NCBI GenBank assembly: GCA_963665115.1
Contig: OY762007.1
Coordinates: 7,424,001 to 7,488,000 of the forward strand
Source: an uncultured Rivularia sp.
GTDB lineage: Bacteria > Cyanobacteriota > Cyanobacteriia > Cyanobacteriales > Nostocaceae
Length of the DNA stretch: 64,000 nucleotides
Reading direction: 5' to 3'
The notes beneath the pieces were generated by a model. The model was not told where the DNA came from and did not search any database. It saw only the letters and a list, made by a program, of their open reading frames with translations. A program made the translations under genes and the position numbers. Below are positions 19,930 through 28,952 of the stretch, one piece after another; the first letter of the stretch is position 1, and each line of letters starts with the position of its first letter.

Positions 19930-20638
19930 ATGAAAATATTAATTGTAGAAGATGACCTATATGTTGCAAAAGCGCTGAATCTGATTCTCGCCGATCGAAA
20001 TTATGTGGTTGAAGTTGCCTCCGATGGAGAAGAGGCTTGGGGATTTATCAAACTTTTTGATTACGATTTAATTATCCTTGATATCACATTACCTAAAATA
20101 GATGGTATTAGCCTATGCCGACAAATGCGTTCTGAGAGTTTACAAACACCTATTATGCTGTTAACGGGATTAAGTTGTCCTCATGAAAAAGCTGTAGGTT
20201 TGGATGCTGGTGCAGATGACTACATGGTTAAACCTTTTGACGAAGAAGAATTAACCGCTCGTATACGGGCACTGTTGCGTCGAGGAAAAATTAAATCTTT
20301 ACCTATTTTAAAGTGTGGTTTCTCTACAACTTGACCCCAAACGTTACGAAGTTACTTACAATAAACAACTCTTAGCCTTAACTCCTAAAGAATACGCTTT
20401 ATTAGAGCTTTTTTTACGAAATACTCATCACGTATTTAGTTGCAGTATGATTTTAGATCATCTATGGTCTTACGAAGACGCTCCCACAGAAGAAGCAGTG
20501 CGTACTCATATCAAAGGATTGCGAATGAAATTAAAAGCTGTGGGTGCCTCTAGCAATATTATTGAAACTGTTTATGGTATTGGTTATCGTTTAAATGCCC
20601 AGGTTGAAGAAGCGGGGAAGAGTTTACCGATAAAATAA
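19930..20638 (+). CDS. OmpR/PhoB family response regulator; split by a +1 frameshift at 20319-20321
   Basis: REC (ILIVEDD, LDITLP, KPF) plus winged helix (LTPKEY, IETVYGIGY); removing one T from GGTTTCT gives CGSLQLDP. Confidence 0.92.
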
Positions 20639-20654
20639 TAAAAATCAAATTAAG

Positions 20655-20719
20655 GTTCGTAGTAGCGCTTCAGCGCCTCCGAATCCCGAATCATGAGGCG
20701 CTAAAGCGCAACTACGAAC
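20655..20719. repeat. REPIN-like doublet GTTCGTAGTAGCGCTTCAGCGC…GCGCTAAAGCGCAACTACGAAC
   Basis: Long inverted repeat with GTAG ends; relatives at 290-310 and 38870-38924. Confidence 0.75.
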
Positions 20720-20730
20720 TCCAACAATAA

Positions 20731-20756
20731 AAGGCGACTAGTTAACTAGCCGCCTT
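20731..20756. terminator. Stem-loop between convergent genes
   Basis: AAGGCGACTAG-TTAA-CTAGCCGCCTT. Confidence 0.6.
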
Positions 20757-20905
20757 CTCAATCGTATTCTTATTAAATTCGCATTTTTTTATCAAGATCA
20801 AAAAGAAAAACTTCACAATTGTTATTAATTTACGCTATGATACATACATATGCACACAATGGCTACATTGTCAACTACAATTTATCGGTTTGATGTGAAA
20901 GATAT

Positions 20906-21217
20906 TTAGGCAACAGAATTATTTCCAGCAGAATGTAGTTTTCTTGGCGCACTAATTGAAACTACCTTAGAATCAGTTTCTAAATTTTCCATATCTTCTG
21001 GGGTTACAGTTGCTGTAATCAAATTATCTGAAATATGACCTCTTAATTTCACGCCTGCGGGAACGTAACCTGGTTCAGCGACTTTTATAGTTACGCCAAA
21101 AATATCATCGCTATTTGGTTGTTGCGATTGAGCTATTTCAGATCCGTGTTCTTTTTTGTGACAGCCGTGCATCATACTTTTTTTTACGCGCACTGGTTTA
21201 CCTGCTACATAAAGCAT
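20906..21217 (-). CDS. Small hypothetical protein resembling a subtilase propeptide/I9-like domain
   Basis: 103 aa; ITATVTPEDMENLETDSKVVSISAPRKL parallels IVTARVPVSRLQSVRTSPCVVSLQASQSL in the neighbouring protease N-terminus. Confidence 0.6.
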   Translation of the reverse strand: MLYVAGKPVRVKKSMMHGCHKKEHGSEIAQSQQPNSDDIFGVTIKVAEPGYVPAGVKLRGHISDNLITATVTPEDMENLETDSKVVSISAPRKLHSAGNNSVA

Positions 21218-21287
21218 AGGTAACTATTCCTTGTTCAAAAGCTTATTTTTGTGGTCGAATAATATTATATTCTATCACTCAATGTTA

Positions 21288-23126
21288 TCACATCGCTCTA
21301 ATGAGGGAAAGGGCAATATTAACATCTATCGGACCATAACCATAACGCGCTTTCTCTAAAGGATCTTCTGGGAAGTTCTTTTCAGCGCTTTGGATTAAAA
21401 TATCGCGAATTTGGTTAATATCTAATTCAATATTGCGACTATTCGCTTCACTTAAGATCAAGGCTATAATTCCGGTGACAACGGGTGCGGCCATACTAGT
21501 ACCGGATTTTCGGTAAGATTTAGTTTCAGTAAGTGAAGCTGCTGCCCATATATTTTGTCCGGGAGCGATAAAATCGGGCTTTTTGCGTTCGTCACGAGTT
21601 GGGCCAGAACTAGAAAAATATGATAAAGGTTGGCTGGGTTTTGTCGGATCGTAAGAACCAACCATAATGATATTATGTCCGCAGCCGATGGAGTTAACGG
21701 TATGAGTATTGTCGTGAGGCGGAATAAAACTCGTTTGAGAACCATCTTCACGTTCTATCCAAGCGTGAAAATCACCGTTATCCACTTCAACTCCATGCAG
21801 TCGTAACGTCCAAACTCCTCCTGGAAGTCGGGATTCCATAAAAACACCAATCATATTATCGCCGTTGTTGGGGTCGCAAAAACGGTGGGATAAGTAAATC
21901 ACGGTGTTATCATCTTCGTCTACAATTTCTCCATTCTCCCCTAATTGCAGACTTACCAAAGGTTGGCCATCCGGAGGAATAATTTCTAAACGGAATTTAT
22001 CCGCGCCATTATACCAAAGTTCCATCGCTTTGTACTGCCAATGTCCTCTAGGAATATCCCAGTGCAGATCGGTGAAACCATCTTGCGGTACTTTTCCCGA
22101 AGCATGAATTCCTTTGTAATATGAATTTCCCGAAGCAATAACTACCGCTCTATTTGATTTATTGCCTACCAAAGCATCTATACTTTGTTCAACCAAAGCA
22201 GTACCATCATGAGGTCCACCATGTAACGCTAGACTGATATTTATCGCACAAGGGCGATCGCCAGCCATTTCAAAGATATAATCCACGGCTTCCACCAGTT
22301 CGGTAGTATCCCCCAAAGACTTATCTACAGCGTAAACACCATCAGCTAAAACCGCTTCTACAGCACCATTAGAGAAGTGGACAAATATGATATCAGCCTT
22401 GGGAGAAATACCCGGATTTCCGGTACCGTTTCCATTACCCGCAGCAATATCCATAACATGGGTACCGTGAGCGAGTTCTCCGGGAGAGTAGCCCAAAGCT
22501 AAATAAGGATTTTCCGATTGCAAAGCTTGATTTATTTCTGCGCTGCGATAAACTTTTCCATAACCAAAAGGACTATCGGGATCTGAAGAACCATCTTGAT
22601 CCCATAAAGCGAGTATTCTGGTAGAACCATCTGGGTGACGAAAATTCTGGTGAGCAAAATCGCAACCCACATCAATAATTCCTACAACTACATTCTCTCC
22701 CTGCTGTTCCGTTAAGGAAGCTCTCTCCAAACCTCTCTCTTGCAAGGAGAGAGGCTTTAAATTCTCCCCATTCCCTTGCAGGGAAGGGGGTTGGGGGGTT
22801 AGGTCTTCCGTAGCTAGTTGCAAACTTTGCGATGCTTGCAAACTGACAACACAAGGGGAAGTACGTACAGACTGCAACCGCGACACGGGAACTCTTGCAG
22901 TGACAATAATATTTCCATTTGGCGTACTTCCGAGTTCTGCGCCTTCTCGGACTTCCGTCATTGAAAGCCATGCTTTTAGATCGTTCACCTTCGCGATCGC
23001 AGCAACTTCTCCCACCTCTGTTGAAGCTGTGGGTGGAGTAGATAGTCCTCTGCGACGACGTTGTATAAGTCTTTGCAATCTCGGGTCAATATCTGCAAAA
23101 ATATTCGTCCATTCAAATCGCATCAA
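21288..23126 (-). CDS. S8 subtilase, CspA-like, no signal peptide
   Basis: Triad GIID, HGTHV, GTSMAAP; TRILALWDQ…YG…EINQAL segment and inserted beta-rich domain are typical of Csp-type subtilases. Confidence 0.9.
   Translation of the reverse strand: MMRFEWTNIFADIDPRLQRLIQRRRRGLSTPPTASTEVGEVAAIAKVNDLKAWLSMTEVREGAELGSTPNGNIIVTARVPVSRLQSVRTSPCVVSLQASQSLQLATEDLTPQPPSLQGNGENLKPLSLQERGLERASLTEQQGENVVVGIIDVGCDFAHQNFRHPDGSTRILALWDQDGSSDPDSPFGYGKVYRSAEINQALQSENPYLALGYSPGELAHGTHVMDIAAGNGNGTGNPGISPKADIIFVHFSNGAVEAVLADGVYAVDKSLGDTTELVEAVDYIFEMAGDRPCAINISLALHGGPHDGTALVEQSIDALVGNKSNRAVVIASGNSYYKGIHASGKVPQDGFTDLHWDIPRGHWQYKAMELWYNGADKFRLEIIPPDGQPLVSLQLGENGEIVDEDDNTVIYLSHRFCDPNNGDNMIGVFMESRLPGGVWTLRLHGVEVDNGDFHAWIEREDGSQTSFIPPHDNTHTVNSIGCGHNIIMVGSYDPTKPSQPLSYFSSSGPTRDERKKPDFIAPGQNIWAAASLTETKSYRKSGTSMAAPVVTGIIALILSEANSRNIELDINQIRDILIQSAEKNFPEDPLEKARYGYGPIDVNIALSLIRAM
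22713..22811. mobile_element. Double-hairpin mini-element in frame within the subtilase gene
   Basis: CCTCTCTCTTGCAAGGAGAGAGG and CCCCATTCCCTTGCAGGGAAGGGG hairpins; TTCCGT direct repeats at 22707 and 22806, 99 nt apart. Confidence 0.8.
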
Positions 23127-23628
23127 TCACCTTCTTTCCCGTTACGAACAATGTAAAGCTTAATTGTTTATCGTATATATTTGTTTTAAATTACGATTAT
23201 TTCATCTATATTTTTTTATTCGATGAAATAAGAAACTCCGTAATAAAACTGATATTTACTATTTTAATAGTAGCTCAAAACACACTGTTTTTTATCTGGT
23301 TAGAGAATAATATGATTGGAATAAATCGGTAAAATAAGATCTAAGAAAATGAGAAATGCCAGATTACTTGTGAAGAGTAAGAAGTAATTTAGAACTAATT
23401 TCCAACCATCGACTTATTTAAAAACTAATCTTTCTCTCCCATTGAGAGCGTTAATATCCCCAAATCAACCCGCAATCATACAAAAAATAATTTAGTTTAC
23501 CTCCACAGCCAAAAATTTCCTAAAAACACATTTACAAAATCCAAACAGATTGCTATATCTAGCGCAGGCTTGACATCATAAAAGCCATGATTCAATTAGA
23601 AACAGATATATAGAGTCTCTAAAAAACT

Positions 23629-24975
23629 GTGCTGCAAATTAACAGAAAAATTATTGGTTTAACAGCCTTGGCGATGGTGGCTTTAGCTGGATGTACTAAC
23701 TCAACATCCAATCAAACTACCGCGAATCCAAGTAGCCAAGGAAACGTAATATTTATCCATCCAGATGGTACCAGTGCATCTCATTGGGGTGCGGCGCGAA
23801 TGCTCAATTATGGGCCGGATGGTAAATTAAATTGGGATAAAATGTCAAATTCGGGTGTTTATTTAGGACATCTGAAAAATCAACTTACTGCGACTTCTAA
23901 TGCAGGTGCGGTAATTCACGCTACGGGAGTTAAAGTAAATGACGATTCTTTTGGATTAGATGAAAACGAACAACCTATAGTTGCAGCTTCGGGTAAACCA
24001 CAAACTATTATGGAAGAAGCTGTTGAAGCGGGTAAAGCCACGGCAATTATCAATTCTGGGATTATACCGGAGCCGGGAACGGGGGCATTTGTCGCTAAAA
24101 CCAAGACTCGCCGCGAGTTTACAGAAATTACCAAGCAAATAGTTGAATCTGGTGTTGATGTAATTTTAGGTGGCGGTGAAGTATTTTATCTGCCCAAAGG
24201 TACGGCAGGGAGATACGCCAAAGCCGAAGAAAGTCAGCGAGAAGACGGATTAAATTTAATAGAAGAAGCCAAAAAAAAGGGCTATACCGTAGTTTATACC
24301 CGCGACGAACTTTTAGATTTGCCCGCAGACACTAAAAAAGTGTTGGGAATATTTGCTGCAACAGATACTTATAATGATGAATCCGAAGAAGATTTAAAAG
24401 AGAAAAATTTACCTTTATACGTTTCAGACACGCCGACAGTTTCGCAAATGTTGCAAGCAACTTTAAAAGTTGTATCCCAAAATTCAAATGGTTTTTTTAT
24501 TGTTTTAGAAGAAGAAGGAAGCGACAACTTTTGTAATTACAACAACGCTAAAGGCTGTATAGAAGCAATCAAACGCGCCGATGATGCGGTTGGTGTAGCA
24601 ATGGAATTTATTGACAAAAAAAATCCTAATACATTATTAGTTACTGCTGCCGATAGCGATGCAGGCGGCTTAGAAGTAATTGGAGGCACCACTGAAAAAT
24701 TTCCTCTAGATAAACCCGTACCAGAAAAAGGTGATAACGGCGCACCCTGGGATGGTAAAGATGGCACAGCTACACTACCTTTTGTATCTGGGCCAGATAA
24801 ACAAGGAAAAAATCATCCCTTTGCGATCGCCTGGGGAGGATTCAATGATTTTACTGGTTCGATTGTTGCTAAAACACACGGTTTAAATGCATCGGAGTTA
24901 CCTACTACTGTAGATAACACAGACATTTATAGTTTGATGTACCTAACATTATTTAACAAAGAGATTAAGAGTTAG
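23629..24975 (+). CDS. phoA: Alkaline phosphatase (PhoA family) lipoprotein
   Basis: Lipobox LAG-C, IFIHPDG, DVILGGG, GFFIVLEEEGSD, LLVTAADSD, DNTDIY. Confidence 0.85.
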   Translation: MLQINRKIIGLTALAMVALAGCTNSTSNQTTANPSSQGNVIFIHPDGTSASHWGAARMLNYGPDGKLNWDKMSNSGVYLGHLKNQLTATSNAGAVIHATGVKVNDDSFGLDENEQPIVAASGKPQTIMEEAVEAGKATAIINSGIIPEPGTGAFVAKTKTRREFTEITKQIVESGVDVILGGGEVFYLPKGTAGRYAKAEESQREDGLNLIEEAKKKGYTVVYTRDELLDLPADTKKVLGIFAATDTYNDESEEDLKEKNLPLYVSDTPTVSQMLQATLKVVSQNSNGFFIVLEEEGSDNFCNYNNAKGCIEAIKRADDAVGVAMEFIDKKNPNTLLVTAADSDAGGLEVIGGTTEKFPLDKPVPEKGDNGAPWDGKDGTATLPFVSGPDKQGKNHPFAIAWGGFNDFTGSIVAKTHGLNASELPTTVDNTDIYSLMYLTLFNKEIKS

Positions 24976-24983
24976 AAGTAGGT

Positions 24984-25086
24984 TAAGCTGTTACGCACTT
25001 AATTTGTATAGTACTAGCGGGCAAGATGCCCGCACTACAATAATTCCAAAATTTTGTTTTATACAATTTAGCTGCACATCAGCTTA
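24984..25086 (+). mobile_element. About 100-bp MITE (TAAGCTG…CAGCTTA) carrying a REP-like hairpin
   Basis: About 27-bp imperfect TIR (TAAGCTGTTACGCACTTAATTTGTATA / TATACAATTTAGCTGCACATCAGCTTA); relatives at 36970-37142 and 51946-52047. Confidence 0.85.
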
Positions 25087-25290
25087 AAGGTCAAAGGTTA
25101 GCATATCTATTTTCTGTTCCCTATTACCTATTCCCTATTTCCCTAATCCAAACGAAGGTGGACAGACTAATAATTGTCCACCATTAAATCGTTATAGAAG
25201 CTACTTATTTAGATTTCGAGCCGAGTTAATTTGAAGGGAAATACACTGTTAGAGGTTAGACATATATTGTTCAAGTCACATAGATGCAGA

Positions 25291-25605
25291 TTAACGACCT
25301 TTGTTCATCTTGGTATAAGTTTTATTTGTTCCTACAAGACTGCCAATCAGGTATCCACCTAATCCCCATAAAATAGGCATTATCCAAGACTCATCAGAAC
25401 TTTGTGTACTGGATAGTGGTACATCATTTTGGCTAGTTTCAGACTCAGGGGGCGTTTCTTCAGTGAATGATTCATCATTGAAAGACTGTGCGATCAATTG
25501 CCCTGATAAGTTATTGTCGATAGCACTGACTGGTTTCACAGCTACAGCAGAAAATATCGTGAGACAAGCAGTAGCAAGTGCTAATTTTTGAGCGTTCCTC
25601 ATCAT
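25291..25605 (-). CDS. Small exported protein with acidic linker and C-terminal TM anchor
   Basis: Signal peptide MMRNAQKLALATACLTIFSAVAVKPVSA, acidic S/T/E linker, hydrophobic tail plus basic end; start could be further upstream (25662). Confidence 0.65.
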   Translation of the reverse strand: MMRNAQKLALATACLTIFSAVAVKPVSAIDNNLSGQLIAQSFNDESFTEETPPESETSQNDVPLSSTQSSDESWIMPILWGLGGYLIGSLVGTNKTYTKMNKGR

Positions 25606-26321
25606 AATCCTTAACCCTTTTAATTTGAGTAGATATTTAGACATACGAGAATAACCCCTCACTCTGACATCGAAATTAATTGAGAGAGGAATAGTCTTTA
25701 CATAGCTAAATTTTGGCCAGGAATAGCAGTTATCTTCTAGAAAATTACTAGATATTACGGTTATAAATCAATAACTTTATGCTACAATTAAATGTTTATC
25801 TTTAAAAGTAACTTTGCTATTAGTGTTAATTATCATACAGCATTAGTGGTACTTAACCCGATCGATAAATTTTCTTAATTTCTCTGGAGAGAATTTAATT
25901 TTGGCTTATTTATCGAAAATTATGTCAATAATTGGCTAATTCTTGCATCGACTATGCAACTATCGAAAGAAATATGCTTCTTAAAAAAAGACTTAACTAA
26001 TTGCGTAGTTTTTACATTCATAGATGGTATCTTTTTAACCCTGTAGGTGATATGGGACAAAATGGGAAATTTGAATGTTGATTCCTTTAAAAGTCTTCAC
26101 TTTTATATTCAAAATTTCCGCAAGTATTTATGGAAAACTAAGTAGATAGTGAAGGGTGAAATTCTTCGATAACATACTTTTGTAAAGCTTGTTTGAGTCG
26201 GTGACAGATATTAGCACAGGTATGTTCCCTTACAAAATATAAAAAACTTTAAATCGGGTGAAGGGGGGAGAGGGGGGAGAAAATAACTTGATAGTTAACT
26301 GTCAGAATTTAAAACGCTTAA

Positions 26322-26349
26322 AAACCCGGTTTTTTGGAAAAACCGGGTT
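26322..26349. terminator. Hairpin AACCCGGTTTTT-TGG-AAAAACCGGGTT downstream of ispH
   Basis: Perfect 12-bp stem; related arms also occur inside the MITE at 13019-13160. Confidence 0.6.
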
Positions 26350-26382
26350 GCTTAATTTTGAGAAAGTTTATTGTGAATCGAT

Positions 26383-27592
26383 TTAAACGACAACTGCTGC
26401 TTGCTTTAATTCAAAAATCTTCTTGATTACATCTTCTACTACCTTATCCGGTGTAGAGGCACCAGAAGTAATTCCTACAATAATTTTCCCATCTGGCAGC
26501 CATTTCTCAGATGTTTCGATATCGCCATTTAGCTGACGATGTTCGATGCTATTTTCGGATAAAATTCTTTCAACGCTATCAACATGGTAAGAAGGAATTT
26601 CTCTTTCCTCTGAAATTTCCTGTAAATGAGCAGTATTTGATGAATTAAAACCACCAATAACTACCATAAAATCAAGTTTTTCTTCCACTAACTCCAACAT
26701 TGCATCTTGTCTTTCTTGGGTAGCGTCGCAAATGGTATTGAAGCTTTGAAAGTGCTGATTTAATTCAGTTGGGTCATATTTTTTCATCATGGTACGCTCA
26801 AATAGCTTACCAATATGTTCGGTTTCACCTTTGAGCATTGTAGTTTGATTAGCAATCCCAACTTTTTCTAAATCGGTATCGGGATCAAATCCTTCCGAAC
26901 AAGCTTTACTGAATTTACTTAAAAACTCTTCTTTATTACCACCATTCAAAATATAATTGGTAACATATTCAGCTTCTTGCAAATTGAGAACAATTAGATA
27001 TTTACCAGCAAAGGAGCTAGTTGCAATAGTTTCTTCATGTTTGTACTTACCATGAATAATAGAAGTACAATCAACTTTTTTATGTTTTTCAACCGTATTC
27101 CAAACTTTAGAAACCCAAGGGCAAGTCGTATCAACGATTTTACAGCCCTTATCCGACAACACCTGCATTTCTTGAACGCTTGCGCCGAAAGCAGGTAAAA
27201 TTACCACATCTCCAGAAACCAACCACGGAAAAGTCTTTTTGATCGGCTTCTACAGAAATAAACCCAACCTGCATTTCTCGCAAACGTTGATTTACAGATG
27301 GGTTGTGAATAATCTCATTAGTAATCCAAATTTTTTCCGAAGGAAAATGCTTGCGAGTTTCATAAGCCATTGCCACAGCACGTTCCACACCCCAACAGAA
27401 GCCAAAAGCTTCCGCTAAGCGAATAGTAACATCGCCACTAGTTAAAGTGTAATTTTTATCTCTAATTTCTTGAATTAAACTACTTTGATATTCCGAATGT
27501 AGCTGAGTTGCTACCTCTTCCTTATGTCCAAATCCCCGACGATGGTAATTTGGAGAATGTTGTAATGAACGTTTAAAAGCTTTTGTATCCAT
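26383..27592 (-). CDS. ispH: 4-hydroxy-3-methylbut-2-enyl diphosphate reductase; split by a +1 frameshift at 27216-27218
   Basis: [36 protein letters not shown]; removing one base gives [18 protein letters not shown]. Confidence 0.97.
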
Positions 27593-27595
27593 AAT

Positions 27596-27650
27596 TTCAA
27601 TTATCAATTATCACTTATCAATTATCAATTATCAATTATCAGTTACCAGT
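27596..27650. repeat. Heptamer array (TTATCAA/TTATCAG)n
   Basis: Tandem 7-mers. Confidence 0.85.
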
Positions 27651-27660
27651 TCTTTATTGC

Positions 27661-28488
27661 TCACTGTTCGCTGTTCATTGTTAACTGTAAAGCAGAACTC
27701 CAGACTAAATAACCATTTGAATTAAGGTGTAATCCATCAGTCGTAAAGTTCGATCTGAGATTTCCTTGTTTATCGGCAAACAAAGGATATAGGTTTAAGT
27801 ATTTTACGCTTTCTTTCGCTGCTATGGTTCGCAATTGTTGATTTAAGTTGCGAATGCGACTATTCGGAATAGCTAAGAGCTTATCTTTTCCTTCCCAAGT
27901 TGCTTGTTCACCTTGATGCGGCAAAATTGACTGGACTACTATTTGCGCTTTGGGATGCTTTTTACGCAAATAAACCAATATTTGTTGTTGATTTTCTAAA
28001 ATTGTTCGATCGTTCACACCAGCGATTAGATCGTTGATGCCTATCATCACAAAAATGGTTTCCGGTGTCGTTTTGTCAAATAAATTTAATCTTTTTAATA
28101 AACCAGCAGTTTTTTCCCCAGAAATTCCTTGATTTAACCACGTCTTATTATCCGGTAATAACTCCGAGGGAAACCATAAACTCAGAGAATCTCCAGCCAT
28201 CACGGTTAAATTCCGAGGTTTATTCTCTGCCGTAACCTCAGCCTCCTGTTTGAGAATATTCACCCACTTTTGATAGTCAAATTTATGACGCTTACCCAGT
28301 TGAGGGGCAACGGCTTGCTGTGTTTGAGTCTTAGGAGTAGGTTCAGCAGTTGGAGAAAGAACATTAGCCAAAAAAGCAGTAACATCCTGCTGTTTGCCAA
28401 TCAGCAAGATTACCGCTAGTAAAAGTATGACATTACTTAATAAAGAGAAAAATGCCCAAGCAGGAAAAGTTTTAATAGAACTAGACAC
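27661..28488 (-). CDS. SGNH/GDSL family lipase/esterase with N-terminal membrane anchor
   Basis: GDSL, NQGISG, GIND, DGLH. Confidence 0.92.
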   Translation of the reverse strand: MSSSIKTFPAWAFFSLLSNVILLLAVILLIGKQQDVTAFLANVLSPTAEPTPKTQTQQAVAPQLGKRHKFDYQKWVNILKQEAEVTAENKPRNLTVMAGDSLSLWFPSELLPDNKTWLNQGISGEKTAGLLKRLNLFDKTTPETIFVMIGINDLIAGVNDRTILENQQQILVYLRKKHPKAQIVVQSILPHQGEQATWEGKDKLLAIPNSRIRNLNQQLRTIAAKESVKYLNLYPLFADKQGNLRSNFTTDGLHLNSNGYLVWSSALQLTMNSEQ

Positions 28489-28952
28489 GGGTAGCGAAGT
28501 ACATCAATTATCTATTTGGATATGATAGTCTACTTTATGAGTAGGAGACGCGGTAATAAAGAAATTCCGCCCCACATCTTGTGTCTTAATATACATTTTA
28601 CTATACTTATTAATGCCTATAAATCATAAAATTTGCTATAAATTCTACTATATTCAGGTTGATCCTCAATTAGTATAAACATTTTAACTGCTTGAGAAAA
28701 GGTGTTTTTAACATTGATTATATGTCTTTCGTCTACATTTTAATATTTGTTTTTAATTGTATTTAAACTAATTTGATATTTATCAAATATATGTATAATT
28801 AAATCTATAGTTACATATGTTTCATAGGATACTTATCTAAAAAAAATTAGATTTAAACGATTAATTCAGGTGTATCTAAAACCATTACTGCTTATTTATA
28901 ATTTATTTTGCTTAGATTCATCTGAAGTATATACATATATGCCAAAGTAATT

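Noticed and set aside
23400..23628. Pho (SphR) box upstream of alkaline phosphatase
   Set aside because: No convincing run of PyTTAAPyPy repeats at 11-bp spacing could be read
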